From Botryllus schlosseri (lineage: Eukaryota): a DNA stretch of 64,000 nt. Under the pieces are notes generated by a model, which saw nothing but the letters and a program-made list of their open reading frames with translations, was not told where the DNA came from and made no database searches. Shown piece after piece: positions 24,315 through 37,049 of the stretch. The stretch lies in the NCBI GenBank assembly GCA_051294905.1, contig CM119372.1, forward strand, positions 21,638,001 to 21,702,000, read 5' to 3'. Position numbers and translations under genes: made by a program. Within the stretch, counting starts at the first letter, position 1, and each line of letters begins with the position of its first letter.

Positions 24315-25470
24315 GTTGTCAACGCCTTGTCTTGTTCAGTGATTTGTGGTAGCGTGGACTGTTAGGCCTATATTTTGTCAAGCTGATATCGTGTTCACAA
24401 TCCAGTGCATATAATGTCACCTTGTCGTGGTTTACTCTGGTAATTCAACCCAACCCTAGGGTTTTGCCGATGCGTTCGTTTTTGCTCGCAAGATTGACGA
24501 TCTTCTTCACCGATGCTATTTGTAATATAATGGAATTTCGCCAGCAAGTTGCGGTGTTGCCTACAACGAAGTTGCTTGTGCCTTTTTGATGAACCGTGCC
24601 AGGATTCGTGTAGTGTTTGATGCTTAGGCTACTATAGTCAGTCTGGAGTATAGAATCCATTTCCGATGCTTATAACAGCCAGGATTTCGCACATCCGTGA
24701 AAGTGGCGTTTAGATATGTTAGTGCGCTCACGTAGACAACAAATCCTAGTAGGTAAAAGGTGTGCAGGACTCGCGGAGCGAGTCTGGGGTTTGCCGTCTT
24801 CATGTCCTCACCAGCGCTTGTAAGCAGTTCAGTTACGGACCATATGTGGCGATCATATAACGTTTGAAATTGTTGCCGCATGAGCATTGAGCAATGTGCT
24901 CGCCACTGCCACAATGTTATTAGAGAGGGGCATGGACCGGAGCCGGATTGGATATTCGCCTGGATTTACTCTTTTGACTGGAGCCGGATCAGTAGGCTAT
25001 ACTTTTCCAAATACGGCCGAAGTCGGATCAGTACTTTCTACTAAGAATAGGGCAGCCTTACCCTATTCCACCCTCGAGTCGATAGTTAAAGTGAAACATT
25101 CACATGGAATTAAAACACATGCTATAACGCGACAGCTTTGAAGATGCCATGATGATGCATTTGTCCTCTCGAATGATGTCTATAACCTTATTTTGACAAA
25201 ATATGCGTAGCACTAAAATGATTTTATTCAAATATTTAAAAATGTGATTTCTTTCGGGCCAAGCGTGAATAGTACAATAGTAAATTACATGTTCACGATG
25301 ATTGTGGACTGGAATGCCAGTCTACAAAGTAGCCTACTGTCAAATAAGGCCTACTTGGAATTACTTCTTGATTATTTATACTGCGGCCCGCGGCGTCATT
25401 AAAAACTAGGAAATTGGGGCGCGAGCACATCTGCGTTTGAATGCCTCGGTTTAGAGTCGGTTTGTCTAGG

Positions 25471-25496
25471 AGAGAGAGAGAGAGAGAGAGAGAGAG
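25471..25496. repeat. (AG)13 microsatellite
   Basis: Perfect dinucleotide run. Confidence 0.95.
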
Positions 25497-25687
25497 TCTT
25501 TCATTTTCACCCAACCAAAATACACAAAAAAAAACAGACAACAATGACGGTGATACAGAAAATATGCATGCACATTGCACATGCACACAGTATTCGGTAT
25601 CAGACAGGAATGATCGATACGATCCGTGACGGTCAACTATATAGTCTGACCACAGCCGCATGAAACAGGTACGCTTTGACTCTATAT

Positions 25688-26130
25688 TAGGCTTACCATA
25701 TTTTGGAAATCTAAAAAGAGGACACTTTTTCAGAAATTTGCAACTTGCAAAACCGGAGTAGAATTCTCAAAAACTGGTAAATTTTTCACACTTTGTGACC
25801 GGTTGACTAAAAAAAAAGGTCATCTTCTCCGCTCAGAGCTCAAAATACCGTTTTCCTCTCCACATTGCCAGGTGGATGACTAGAAAAAAAAAAAGTCATA
25901 TTTTCGCTCAGAGCTGGAATCACCGTTTTTCACTCCGAAGTACCCGCCGGAGCTTCCCTTCTGTGCTAATTTGCGCCATATCACTCGCAATTTGCTCTAA
26001 ATCTGCCAAAATTTTCAAAAAAGCGGACAAAATCTCAAAAAAGAGGACAAAAGGGCGTCCTCCGAGGACACTTTCAAAAAAGTCAAAAAAGAGGACAAAT
26101 CCTCTTAAAAGAGGACGTATGGTAAGCCTA
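25688..26130. mobile_element. hAT MITE with AAAAGAGGAC subterminal repeats
   Basis: TIRs TAGGCTTACCATA / TATGGTAAGCCTA; perfect TSD CTCTATAT; internal tandem duplication of about 70 bp. Confidence 0.93.
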
Positions 26131-28323
26131 CTCTATATAGTCAGGCCGTAAAAAATGTTAGTTAAAAAAGGAAAATCCAAAAGAAAATAAACGATGGTAG
26201 CAAATGATCAATGAAGCAATGCCTGGGCAAGGTAGGACAACAAAGCTGTAAAAACAGGATCGGAGTAGGAACAGAGAATTTGCCGATCCGCTCCGTACTA
26301 ATTGTTAGTAGGGTCACCATATTTAATGACCCGCTCGAACATCTGCATTACCTATTTCGCGTCATTTACGCCGATTTGCAGTTGACCATGTCAATTACCC
26401 TACCTGTCAAAGCAGTAAAGGAGAACGACATTTCGCCCACGGACAGTAGCAAGATCAGGTTGCGTTAGATTCAAACCGATATTCACGAACGAGTGCATGT
26501 GGTGCAGAGTTCAAAGAATTTGTGCGCAAAATTAAGGAACCTCAGGTATCACCTTAACTTAAGTAGCCTATCTATTGAAATACGCAACACTTCAATAAAT
26601 TCATCACGTTCTAATGTGCATCGGCTGTGGTTGCCATATTTAGTTCTAAATCTGCGCCTGGGACTTATGCTTGGAGGGTCGGTATTATCACAAATCATAT
26701 AGTAGGCCTACTCCACACCTTAAACACATGATTGGTAAATTGAGTAATCCCACCATTGCATTGAGAGTTGAGATTGTCAGATTGGCTTCGTCTATGACAG
26801 GGGCGGGCGACTTCCCTAGCCGGCGGGCCGGATATCGAAAAGTGAACTATTGGCGAGCCGGATTCCTAACTCGATGGAGTAGCCTAATCGTGTATTTATC
26901 AACCTGTACAAGGAATAGGCTACATCGTATATAACGTGTATTTCAAGTTGAAAGCATAGAGGTCAAAGACAGTATTTAAATATTTTATTAACGTGATATA
27001 CTTCAAAAGCTGTTGAAGTCAATGAGATAGGTGGTCGATCAAAGTTGTCGACGAGATCTTTGAACCCGGGACGTAAAAACCCTTGGCTATAACTGCACGT
27101 GAGCATTAGTCAGATTGGAACCCAGATTTGTCTGTTCATTTTCATGGTCGAAAATGCATGTAGACCCGAACAGAACAAGTAGTTTCGTGGCCATGCTATC
27201 ACGTAAGAGAGGAAACTCTCTGCCGGCCGCTTAAAATCTCTTCGCGGGCCGATGATGCCGGTATCATGTCTCTTCATCGCCCGTCCATTTTGATATATTG
27301 CGCTTTACGATAATTTGCCGGGATGTTGACAAGAGTTTGAGCCTGCGCTGTGTAAGATTAGGAGCAGGGGTGACCAACCTGTAGGGTTGCATTTAAAACA
27401 AAAATCAATTTAAAACAAACATGTTTTGACCAACCATTTGTTTTAAATGCAACCCTAAATGTAAGAATTGTGCGGCCATCTGAACGTAATTGAATTAGCG
27501 TGTGTTGGCGGCCGTCTATGCGATTTGAATTTACGAATTGGCTCCCAATTCTTGAAGGATTTTATTCAACTTTTAATTCAAAATTTTCATGGCCCTTCGC
27601 GCGATTCAGGGGACTTGCTATTTCATGCTAATATGGTAGTGTCAATGCAATCTCAAACTCACAGCACAAATGCGAACCGAAGAGGAAATGATGATACCGA
27701 TACAGAAATACCAATCTGGAATCGTGCGCGTCCCACGCGAAAGAAGTTTTTTTTTTCTGCTACGTTTAGACGATTCCAATGTATTTTGACTATACCGACA
27801 ATCCTGATGGGACGTCGAGAAAAAACAACATGCAACAAAGTTAGTAATAACTATGGGTCCACACGAAGATGCATTATCAATTTGGCATCTTGGTGGTCCA
27901 TTACGACCGTCTGCTGGGATGCGGCCTCCCCCCTTATATGTTATCGAAATGGAGCGGTGAATGACAAAAAAGGTAGAACACCCCTGGCTCAGAGCTAGAC
28001 ATGCAGACAAGACTGCACACTGCACAGCGTAAGAACGCGTCGTCCCAGGAAAGCAGACTACATAGCGGGGGGAGCTGCGACAACTGGAACCCATTATAAT
28101 CATATCGAACGGTGTGATAACGATTATCGCCACTCACCATTCATCACTTTCACTACAGCTGAGCAGAATCGAGTACCAAAATGAGAGACGGATGATGTGG
28201 AAAGTTCAAAGATGTACGTTTTATCTGACCACAAAAATGCCAGTTTTATACACATTGTAAAATTAATTTGGCATTTTTTCGACAAATCAATTTCACTGCA
28301 CTTGGTTTCACGGGTGTCGGGTA

Positions 28324-28826
28324 GGGGTGTTCAAAAATGACTTTCTCTCAAATTCTACTGGCTGCTTGATAAAATTGTTACGCTACCTAATTATAGAAAC
28401 GATGCTCACCTAATTTGGCTCAATTTCAACCACTGGAAGCGGAGTTATTGCCGTCGAAAAATTTTGGATTTGAATAAAATTGAATTTACGGTGACTCATT
28501 CTTTAAATATTTATTATACTTGTGCCCGCCGTAAATACTATTTTATTCAAATCCAAATTTTTCGACATCAACAACTCCTCTTCCGCTGGTTGGAATTGAG
28601 CCAAATTTGGTGAACATCGTTTCTATAGACAACCGAACAATTTCATGGGGCAAACGGAAAATTTTGAAATTTTTTTATAATAAATAAATAACTGTCTTCT
28701 CCCATAGCAATGTGACTACTGGTTGGAATTGAACCAAATTTGGTGTACAGGCTTCAATTAGGTAACCTAACAATTTTATCAAGTAACCAGTAGAAATTGA
28801 GAGAAAAAGTCATTTTTGAACACCCC
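28324..28826. mobile_element. Tc1/mariner-type foldback MITE
   Basis: TA|GGGGTGTTCAAAAATGACTTT ... AAAGTCATTTTTGAACACCCC|TA, with inverted arms over 100 bp and a second internal inverted repeat. Confidence 0.8.
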
Positions 28827-29660
28827 TACTGTCGGGTGATCACGACTACAGATAAATATCATTTCCACTAAAGTACGGAGCTTTCTGCTGCATCTTATGG
28901 ATGCTATGATCAGAGGGTTCAATCCAATGTACTGGTAGTCAAGAAAAGTATTCAAGTAGTAATGACGAAAAATTCGATCTGAGTACGAGTTGGGATAGAC
29001 CCTCCAAAAGCAGCACAAAACTGCTCTTAGTGGAAGTAGAATTTGCTCACTTTAAAACTATCAAGTAAATGAGTAGATGTGAAAATCAGTTATAAATATG
29101 CTGCGGTGGGCTGTCAAAGACTGAAAACTGACAAATGCGGACGGTGCAGAGCTGGATTTGCGTAGCTACATGCCAGTAGCTATATATTTTCGATAGTATA
29201 AGGATTTGACCACATCATGCGATACAAATAATGGCTTCGCTATAGAACAGTGGTTCTTAACAGCATTTTCATTTCAGCAATCGAGGTTTCAAATCTTTCA
29301 CAGCCGAAAACAGTGTCAAAACTCAATTCGCGCTGATAATATAATTTTCAATGGAAAGGGTTGCGTCATTTTAGTACTTCAAAAAATCGTCTGGTGCTAC
29401 TCAACTCAAACCATTACAATTAATACTGCTAATCACAATGGGTATCTCACACTTCGCTAACCGTCATTGTCACCCTTACAGCCAATACAAAATACATATA
29501 TCAAGTATTTAATGTGCAGAATATCACTAGTCGACTTCCAAATTGCAACGACCGCCAACCCAACCGATCTGGGATACACCGATTCGGCGACGTACCGTAA
29601 ACATTCGAAAATCAACAAGATAAAACCGGAACAGAGAGCCGTACGCAACATAGCCTAATC

Positions 29661-30079
29661 TAGGGGTTCTTAAACTGAGGTCCGCGGAATAGTTTCAGGG
29701 GTCCTTCAAAGGGTAATGTCGAAACTACAACTATTAGATTTGTCCTTTCACTTAGGTCTACTCTTATTTCCAGTGATCACAAGTCACAATAGCCAATCGT
29801 ATAATACGAGCACCACTAATTGCGCCCTTTGAGCTCTTTCAGTATTAATAAAGCTTTTTGGGCACTAAATAGACTAGATATCAATGAGGTCGTGATTGTC
29901 CTTTTTTCAGATTCCACGTTCTGAAATTTCAGAATTTTGGAACGCCATAAAGATTTTCATATACGTCGACCGCAGAACCCTGCTTTGTCAGTTAAATATA
30001 TTGTCTTGGGCTAGGTCACGACACGGTTTTCACACAACCGCCCAAAATACCGCGCTCACAAAAGTTTTAAGAACCCCCG
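29661..30079. mobile_element. hAT MITE immediately downstream of the DLD stop codon
   Basis: TAGGGGTTCTTAAAC ... GTTTTAAGAACCCCCG; TSD GCCTAATC / ACCTAACC (6 of 8). Confidence 0.7.
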
Positions 30080-30108
30080 ACCTAACCATAAATAATCTAT
30101 CGGTAAAA

Positions 30109-31611
30109 TCAAATCGAATTAATGCTCTTCCCGCAATATGCAGCCAAGTTCGCCTCTCGGAACGCTTCCGACAGCGTCGGGTGAGCGTGACACACCCTCG
30201 CCACGTCTTCCGCCGAAGCCCCATACTCCATTGCCAGCACGGCTTCGTTAATCATTTCGCCTGCGGCCGAACATATGATATGTGCGCCCAGAATTCTATC
30301 GGTATCTTTGTGACTCAAGATCTTGACGAAACCGTCAGTGTCCGCGTTGGTCTTGGCTCGACTGTTGGACGAAAACGGGAATTTTCCGATTTTGTACGGC
30401 ATCCCGGCCTCCTTCAGCTGTTCTTCCGTCTGACCCACCCAGGCCACTTCGGGGTGAGTGTAAATCACCGACGGCACGCAGTTGTAGTCTATATGAACCG
30501 GAGCACCAGTCATACCCTCTACGCATATCACTCCTTCGTCTTCGGCCTTGTGCGCTAGCATAGGCCCGGGTATGCAGTCTCCGATCGCGTACACGCCGGG
30601 ACACGAAGTCTCAAACTTTTCGTTGACTTGAATGATGCCTCTATTGTCAGTTGTTACGTTGATATTTTCCAACCCGAGATTTTGCGTGAACGGACGTCGA
30701 CCAACGCACACCAACAGCACATCGCATGAAAGCGATTCCCGTTTACCATTTGCTGCGTTCTCTACCTCCACAGCAACACCGTCCGATGTCTTTTGAGCAG
30801 ATATCACTTTTGTTTTTAATTTGAAATCCATTCCCTGTTTTTTCAAGGTACGTTGGAAGGTCTTCGCGACTTCGGCATCGATCCCCATGCCGCCAATATG
30901 TCCCAAAAATTCAACGGCCGTGACTTTAGAGCCTAACCGCGACCACACAGATCCCAGTTCTACACCGATCACACCGGCGCCGATTAGAATCATCCGTTCC
31001 GGAACTTTCTTCAGGCTCAAAGCGCCGGTTGAAGAAATAATGGTTTCTTCGTCTACTTCTATACCAGGAAACGGTGTGACTTCTGATCCAGTCGCGATTA
31101 ATATCCTTTTAGTGTCAATAATTTCGTGAGAGCCGTCTGCCTTTTTCACCATTACCTGAGTAGGCGACACGATAGTACCGTGACCGTTCACACTTGTGAC
31201 TTTATTAGCTTTAAACAGCATGGCGATACCGTCGGTGAGTCCTTTCACGGCTGTAGACTTTTGATTCATCATCTTCTCCAAGTTCAAAGTCAAGCCAGAG
31301 ACTTCGATGCCGCGAGACGCGAAATCAGAACCCGACGCGCATTTGTACATGTGAGAATTGTTGAGAAGCGCTTTCGAAGGTATGCAGCCCACGTTTAAAC
31401 ACGTCCCGCCCAGAGCGGACTCTTTTTCGACGCAGACTGTTTTCATGCCCAACTGGGCGGCTTTGATTGCGGCGACATAACCGCCGGGGCCAGATCCGAT
31501 GACGGTTAAATCCGCGGTGTGTGTCGTGGAGTTGAAAGCCAGCGACGTGGCAGATAAAGCCGATCTGACGTTTTTGAACAGTCCGGAGCTTCGTAGGACT
31601 AATGTGGACAT
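30109..31611 (-). CDS. DLD: Mitochondrial dihydrolipoamide dehydrogenase (E3), single coding exon
   Basis: 500-aa ORF with a basic/Ser-rich presequence, FAD-binding GSGPGGY, redox disulfide [16 protein letters not shown]-binding GAGVIGVE and catalytic HPTLSEA. Confidence 0.98.
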   Translation of the reverse strand: MSTLVLRSSGLFKNVRSALSATSLAFNSTTHTADLTVIGSGPGGYVAAIKAAQLGMKTVCVEKESALGGTCLNVGCIPSKALLNNSHMYKCASGSDFASRGIEVSGLTLNLEKMMNQKSTAVKGLTDGIAMLFKANKVTSVNGHGTIVSPTQVMVKKADGSHEIIDTKRILIATGSEVTPFPGIEVDEETIISSTGALSLKKVPERMILIGAGVIGVELGSVWSRLGSKVTAVEFLGHIGGMGIDAEVAKTFQRTLKKQGMDFKLKTKVISAQKTSDGVAVEVENAANGKRESLSCDVLLVCVGRRPFTQNLGLENINVTTDNRGIIQVNEKFETSCPGVYAIGDCIPGPMLAHKAEDEGVICVEGMTGAPVHIDYNCVPSVIYTHPEVAWVGQTEEQLKEAGMPYKIGKFPFSSNSRAKTNADTDGFVKILSHKDTDRILGAHIICSAAGEMINEAVLAMEYGASAEDVARVCHAHPTLSEAFREANLAAYCGKSINSI

Positions 31612-32151
31612 TTCAAGTTACTTTTTAACCTAAAAAATTACCGAAACCTGTCTGGAATACAGAAAAAATAAATTTTCAACAACCAACTCGTCATACAGCA
31701 AAGTTTGAATAACAGATAACAACACGATCAAGACTGCATTGTAGGCTACATTATCTACTTAGGAGATCAGCACAAACCAGATGAAAAATTGCCATGGGAA
31801 TGAAGCATTTTCGTCAAAAACACACTGAAAAACTCCGCACAAGCAAGCGTGTCATATAAAGATTGCAGATTCAATTCTCGTGCGCTCATAAGAGATCAAT
31901 CCTATCAATTACAGCGTTTTGAGACCCGGCGGGTCAACTCTCTACCGATATGAAAGCGAACAAAAAACATGGCACGAATAGGTGGGCGTTTTGTGCGGTT
32001 TGTCACAGATTATAAATGCAACATAGTAGAAATACAGCCTCTCGAAAAGAAAGTATATCCAAGAATATCTTGACGAAAACGGGACGATCGCTAAATCGTC
32101 ACGAAAAGTAAAAGAATTCACGGTCAGTCCACGCGTACCACGTTGAATCCT

Positions 32152-32478
32152 TCAATGTATCGCCAATTTGCTCTGCGAAGGTTTTCGGGCTTGTGGTAGT
32201 TCCGCCGGAGTCGGCATATGATCGCCAGTCACTTCCTCAACTTTGACCCCAATAGGAGGAGGTTTACCGCTATTTTTAGCTTTCGCCATATTGTAGTCGC
32301 CCGAATCGAAGTATTTCTTGTTTTGACGAGCTAACCGCTGCTGCAGGAAGGATCCGCCTTTAGTCGGGAGACCCTTGTATTTCGATTTCAACATCTCTTC
32401 CTGCTGCTTCTCGACGGCAATAGAAGGCACCGGGTTATCGGGCTTTTTGAACTCTCCGTCACCAGCTTGAGACGACAT
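32152..32478 (-). CDS. ENSA: Alpha-endosulfine/ARPP-19 family PP2A-B55 inhibitor, single coding exon
   Basis: 108-aa ORF containing the Greatwall phosphosite motif KYFDSGDYNMAKAK and the C-terminal P-T-P...RK-P-S motif. ENSA versus ARPP19 cannot be distinguished in an invertebrate. Confidence 0.93.
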   Translation of the reverse strand: MSSQAGDGEFKKPDNPVPSIAVEKQQEEMLKSKYKGLPTKGGSFLQQRLARQNKKYFDSGDYNMAKAKNSGKPPPIGVKVEEVTGDHMPTPAELPQARKPSQSKLAIH

Positions 32479-34090
32479 GATGCAGATTAGTTGCTAGCAA
32501 TGTACTCTCTGTCACTGTCACCATGAAAAATCGTTTGACAGTTTATCACAATAGCGAGAATATGGTAGAAGGTCAAGACTGAAAATAAAGTCACTGAGCT
32601 ACAGAGCTGACAGCCGTGCCACTTCTTGATTTTGGTAATTGCATTGTGATGCGTTTCACATGCAAATCTGCATAGTCGAGAATGCGGGCATTGAGATATA
32701 CCAACAGGAAATCGATTAACTTCCGGACAGAAAGACCGTGTCGGGTAAAGTATACATTTGTAGTGTGCTTACTGTGCTGTGTGAACACGAATCGAATATC
32801 TGTATATTGTTCATAGATGCTATGCTAAAACGTAAAACCTATAAGCCTATATCCACGAACAATGAATCTCATTACCTATACTCTGCAATTTGTATTCCAA
32901 TCTACCAGGCCAGTTGTTAACGTGTAACGTAACATTGGAATCGGCTCGTCAGATTTGACATAGTACCTGTCTAGTCACGAGCTGCAGAAAACCTTCAAAC
33001 GAATATCGTGAATAGCAACCAAGGAAATTAAAATTATAATTTAATCTGGCTCGCAGTCCCCCACTCATGGTACACGAACCTACCTCTTACAGCGAGCAAT
33101 ACAGGATCGCTGTCGAGAATTGAAAATCGAGGGTAGCCTACATAGAACAGAGCATAATTTATTATTCGCTCCTATTACATAACAAAATTATAACCGGAAT
33201 AAAAGATCTCATAACCTCTACAGAACGAAATGCGCTGGAACGATCAGAGGAGTCGATAACAAAATTGATGTCCGGTTGATATCCGGATTCAATGCCGCCA
33301 CGCTTTACTACACTGTGTCGCAATTTTTCAAAAGCTGAGGATTCCGGAGAAAGAAAAGTTCATATCTACATATTTTTGGACACTCAACCCAAAATGCGGG
33401 TTTATATTGCTGATTAGCTCTAGTTTCAAAAGAGATCTATTTCTTTTATGTTTATTTCGGAAATCTATTGCACACTTTATTGAACTGAACATATCAAAAC
33501 AGCTGTGGATCAATCGCATGCGTTATATTTCTGTATACTGGCACAATAGCATGAGCAATTGAGCATGCAGGCATGGGTCGCCAACCTTTTGTATTGCAGA
33601 AGGCTTATGTTGTTTAGCTTGCAGTGGTACACACAAGTTCCTGCGTTAGTCCTTGATCTGACAACTCAAGGGCGATGTACCATAATGAGATGTGTATCAA
33701 CTGCGAGAGGGCGGAGGGCGATCTACATGCATTATGCAGCGTGTCAAAATATGTCAATGCAAAATATTACCAAGCCAAACAGTTTTAGTTTATATTTATG
33801 GTTTCAAGCAAGGAATCCCACCAACCGCTTACTATAATCTTATACGGCATCGGTTACGCCAGAGGCTCTCAAAGGATGGGTCGTGAAGGGTTTAAATCAG
33901 TGGTTCTGGCCTTAAGTAGCCCAAGGAACACTTACGCTAATCCGCAAGCCTTCGCGGAACCCAAATTTTTGCTGAACCATAAAAACATAAGTCTATCACA
34001 ATGCATATCTAACTGGACATCTACACTACTATAGATTGCTGGTACGCAAAATGAACTGTGCATCAACATATAGTGTTAAAACAACAAAAC

Positions 34091-35585
34091 ATCTCCCGCA
34101 TATATTCGTTCCTCGCCAAGATGTCTATCATTTCTCCACAACAATTCGGCTTCCGCAAAAAGCATCAATCCTCGCATGCCCTGCTAACAGTGGCTGAACA
34201 GTAGACATCTTGAAGAAACGAAGTGTGGGATGTAGCATTTTTCTTGATCTAAAAAAGCGTTTGACTGCGTCGATCACAATATTCTTCTCTCGAAATTGGC
34301 GCGCTACGGGTTCCGGGGTTGACAACTAGTGCTCATGAAAAGCTACCTGACTGTGAGATATCAAATGGTTTCGATATCCAACACTTTGTCCTCCCCCCAC
34401 CTTGTTACCTTTGGTGTTCCGCAAGGCTCTGTTCTTGGACCAGTCCTTTTTATTTTATATGTCAATGATATATTTGAAACCTCATCATTGAATACCACAC
34501 TCTTCGCTGACGACACTCACCTCCTATCTCACGCACCTACTACCGCAAGCTTGAATGCCGTCACCCGTGATCCAATGCCCAGTGTGCATGAGGGACGTCC
34601 CATAATAGCCTTGAGTTAACGCTGCGAAATCCCAATTATTGGTCGTGAACTCTTGCGATAACCTAACCGTTGACATCGCTGGCCAACCAATTTCCAACAC
34701 TAAAAATGCCAAATACCTTGGTGATTTACTGGATTCGGACATGTCCTGGAGTGTCACATACAATCACTCAAACCACAACTATCGAGTATGTGGTCTATTT
34801 CGCCGCCTTAGCTACACTCTGCCAGTCAGCGTGCTCTTGATACTCTTCAACACTCTATTCCTATCAAAGTTACAATACGGAATTCTTTGATGGGGTGCTG
34901 CCTGCAACAATACAACTGACCTACTGCAAAAACTTCAACATCGGAACATCCGTATCATTGCCAAAGCCCCACGGGGGCCTGGATGTGCAACTGATAAATC
35001 GCTTCTCAAAAGATTTGGTGTTCTAAACTTAGAAAATATGATGAAGCTAGAAATTGTCAAGTTTATGTATCAGTTTCATTGCGGTCAATTTCAACGGCTT
35101 CTTCACCTTGGAGACATAAGCGCATAAGTAGGCCACAGCACACGCGCGTCAATGAAGAACAACTACCATGTGATCTGGACTGAATACAAGAAAACGCATT
35201 GCTCTAGGACCCCAATTGTGGAACAGCATCTCGCCGGCTATCCGACAGTCGTCGAGCATGTCCGCATTCAAGTCGAAATACAGGCAATTTCTTTTAAATC
35301 AATAGGCCTACTAGAGAGTCTTCAGGATTACCGGACCACAACCTAACATCGACCTCGCCCTCCGCCTCATGCCACCTCATTTTGTCGCTTGCGTCTTATA
35401 TTCTTCTCTGCATTACTTTTAATTCAATGTGCATGCCTCTTATATACTTCGCTTAGGCTAAGGTGGGTGTCTGATCTTAAAGGCTACTACGAGTTGTTTC
35501 GACACCTTCCTATCTCTTCATTGTTTCGCAGTCTTGTGATGTTTTGAAACGATAAAAATATTAATAAACCTGATTGATTGATTGA
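34091..35585 (+). mobile_element. 5'-truncated CR1/L2-type LINE
   Basis: KKAFDCVDHNILLSKLARYG, GVPQGSVLGPVLFILYVND and LFADDT in broken frames; 3' (GATT)n tail; interrupts a sequence that is continuous in the paralogous copy at 18820-18830. Confidence 0.9.
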
Positions 35586-36269
35586 AGCATTAAAATATGA
35601 TTTCCATACAAACGAAAGCATTGCAATGAACATCTATTATTATAGATCTGATGTTCCATTTCAGTTACCAGTTCAGAAATACGATGCATCACCCACATTA
35701 GTGTCATCGTATTGTTTGGTCGCAACTGTGTGATACCAAATTTGCTCCATTACAAATGAGCTTATAAATATTGGAGATAAAATTTGCATTTCAGAAAGAT
35801 TTCGATTTCGATTTCGAATCCCAACGTCCCCTGCGTTCGCCATGCACGTACACAATCCGCCACCACAACAGGCACAATTTGGCTACTGATCGGGTCTAAT
35901 AAACTGCAACCAATCATGGTCAAGACGGGCGTGTGATTACAAATCATATGTGTGTGACCAATGACCATAGTGTGCTGCAATGGTTTGGACACAAGCAAAT
36001 CTCACGGTTCACTGCGATTGCGTTACGTCATAATTTCCATTTAGCCAAAGGCAATTTTACGGTAATTTTTGACCGGCTTGCCGAGCGCGAAAATTAATAA
36101 TATTGGCGTCAATTGAAAGCTACCGCGGTCGGCAAGTCAGTCTAAAATATGCCGCTCCATAACGTTTGACCAGACGTTTAGCAGGGTCTTGCTACTGGAA
36201 AAGAGTAAAGAAAGCAGATGACATTAAACAAATGAAACCTTTCAACAAAAGACAATACAAAAAACCCTT

Positions 36270-36742
36270 GGGTCGAGTCCGAGTCATGGTATAATGACTC
36301 GAGTCCAAGTCCAAGTCAATGTGTTGACTGCTCAGTTTCCAGTTAAAGTCTTGTTAAACCCACTTTTTATGACTCTGTTTGGTGACATCGAATGGTTCGC
36401 ATTTATAATATACTAACTTACTTACTCAATTTTAGCAGTTTCTGGACGCATTTTAAAGTATCAGTACCGATAGACGTAATCCCAATAGTGTTGTTACTTT
36501 ACTATTCTTCGAAAGTACAGTGAAATAACGGTCTTGTCCGTCTGAGTCTCGAGTCATATGACTTGGTTCGAGTCATGCACAATGACTCGAGTCCAAGTCA
36601 AATCAATACACAGATTGACTCGAGTCGAGTCGAGTCCTTTTCTTATTTTGAGAAAATGACTCGAATCAAGTCAAGTCATCAGAAAATCGTGACTCGAGTC
36701 GGACTCTAGTCGAGTCATGACTCGAGTCATTATACAACCCTG
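36270..36742. mobile_element. GACTC-array MITE, uninterrupted copy
   Basis: Many GACTCGAGTC units; right end ATTATACAACCCTG; left end degenerate. Confidence 0.75.
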
Positions 36743-37049
36743 CTGCTAGATTACAATATGATAGTTAATTGCGAGATTGCGAAACGGTAGTTTCAGACGT
36801 TATGGTGGGCCATATATACTGTGATGAAATATTTGATATGGGCGACAATGCGGTATGAGGTGCCACGCAATCCGGTACATAAATTATATTCACTGACACT
36901 TTCGTGAAAACATATTTGTCAGTCCATAACTACTGTGCGCGAAGCGCAACAAAGGTTCTTGACTTTATTCCACTTTTATGAATATCAAATGTTGGTACTC
37001 CGTGAAATCAGCCCAGAAATTCCTTGGGCTATCTTTCTTATTGGGGGAT

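Noticed and set aside
24445-24914. Minus-strand ORFs with NPG motifs faintly like DHHC palmitoyltransferases
   Set aside because: No DHHC-CRD motif or supporting exons; the similarity is too weak.
27468-28140. Overlapping 176-aa (+) and 163-aa (-) ORFs
   Set aside because: No recognisable domain, non-ATG starts and no clear splice context; could be a decayed element but unsupported.
29896-31398. Plus-strand and alternative-frame ORFs overlapping DLD
   Set aside because: Shadow ORFs of a real coding sequence, with no recognisable motifs.
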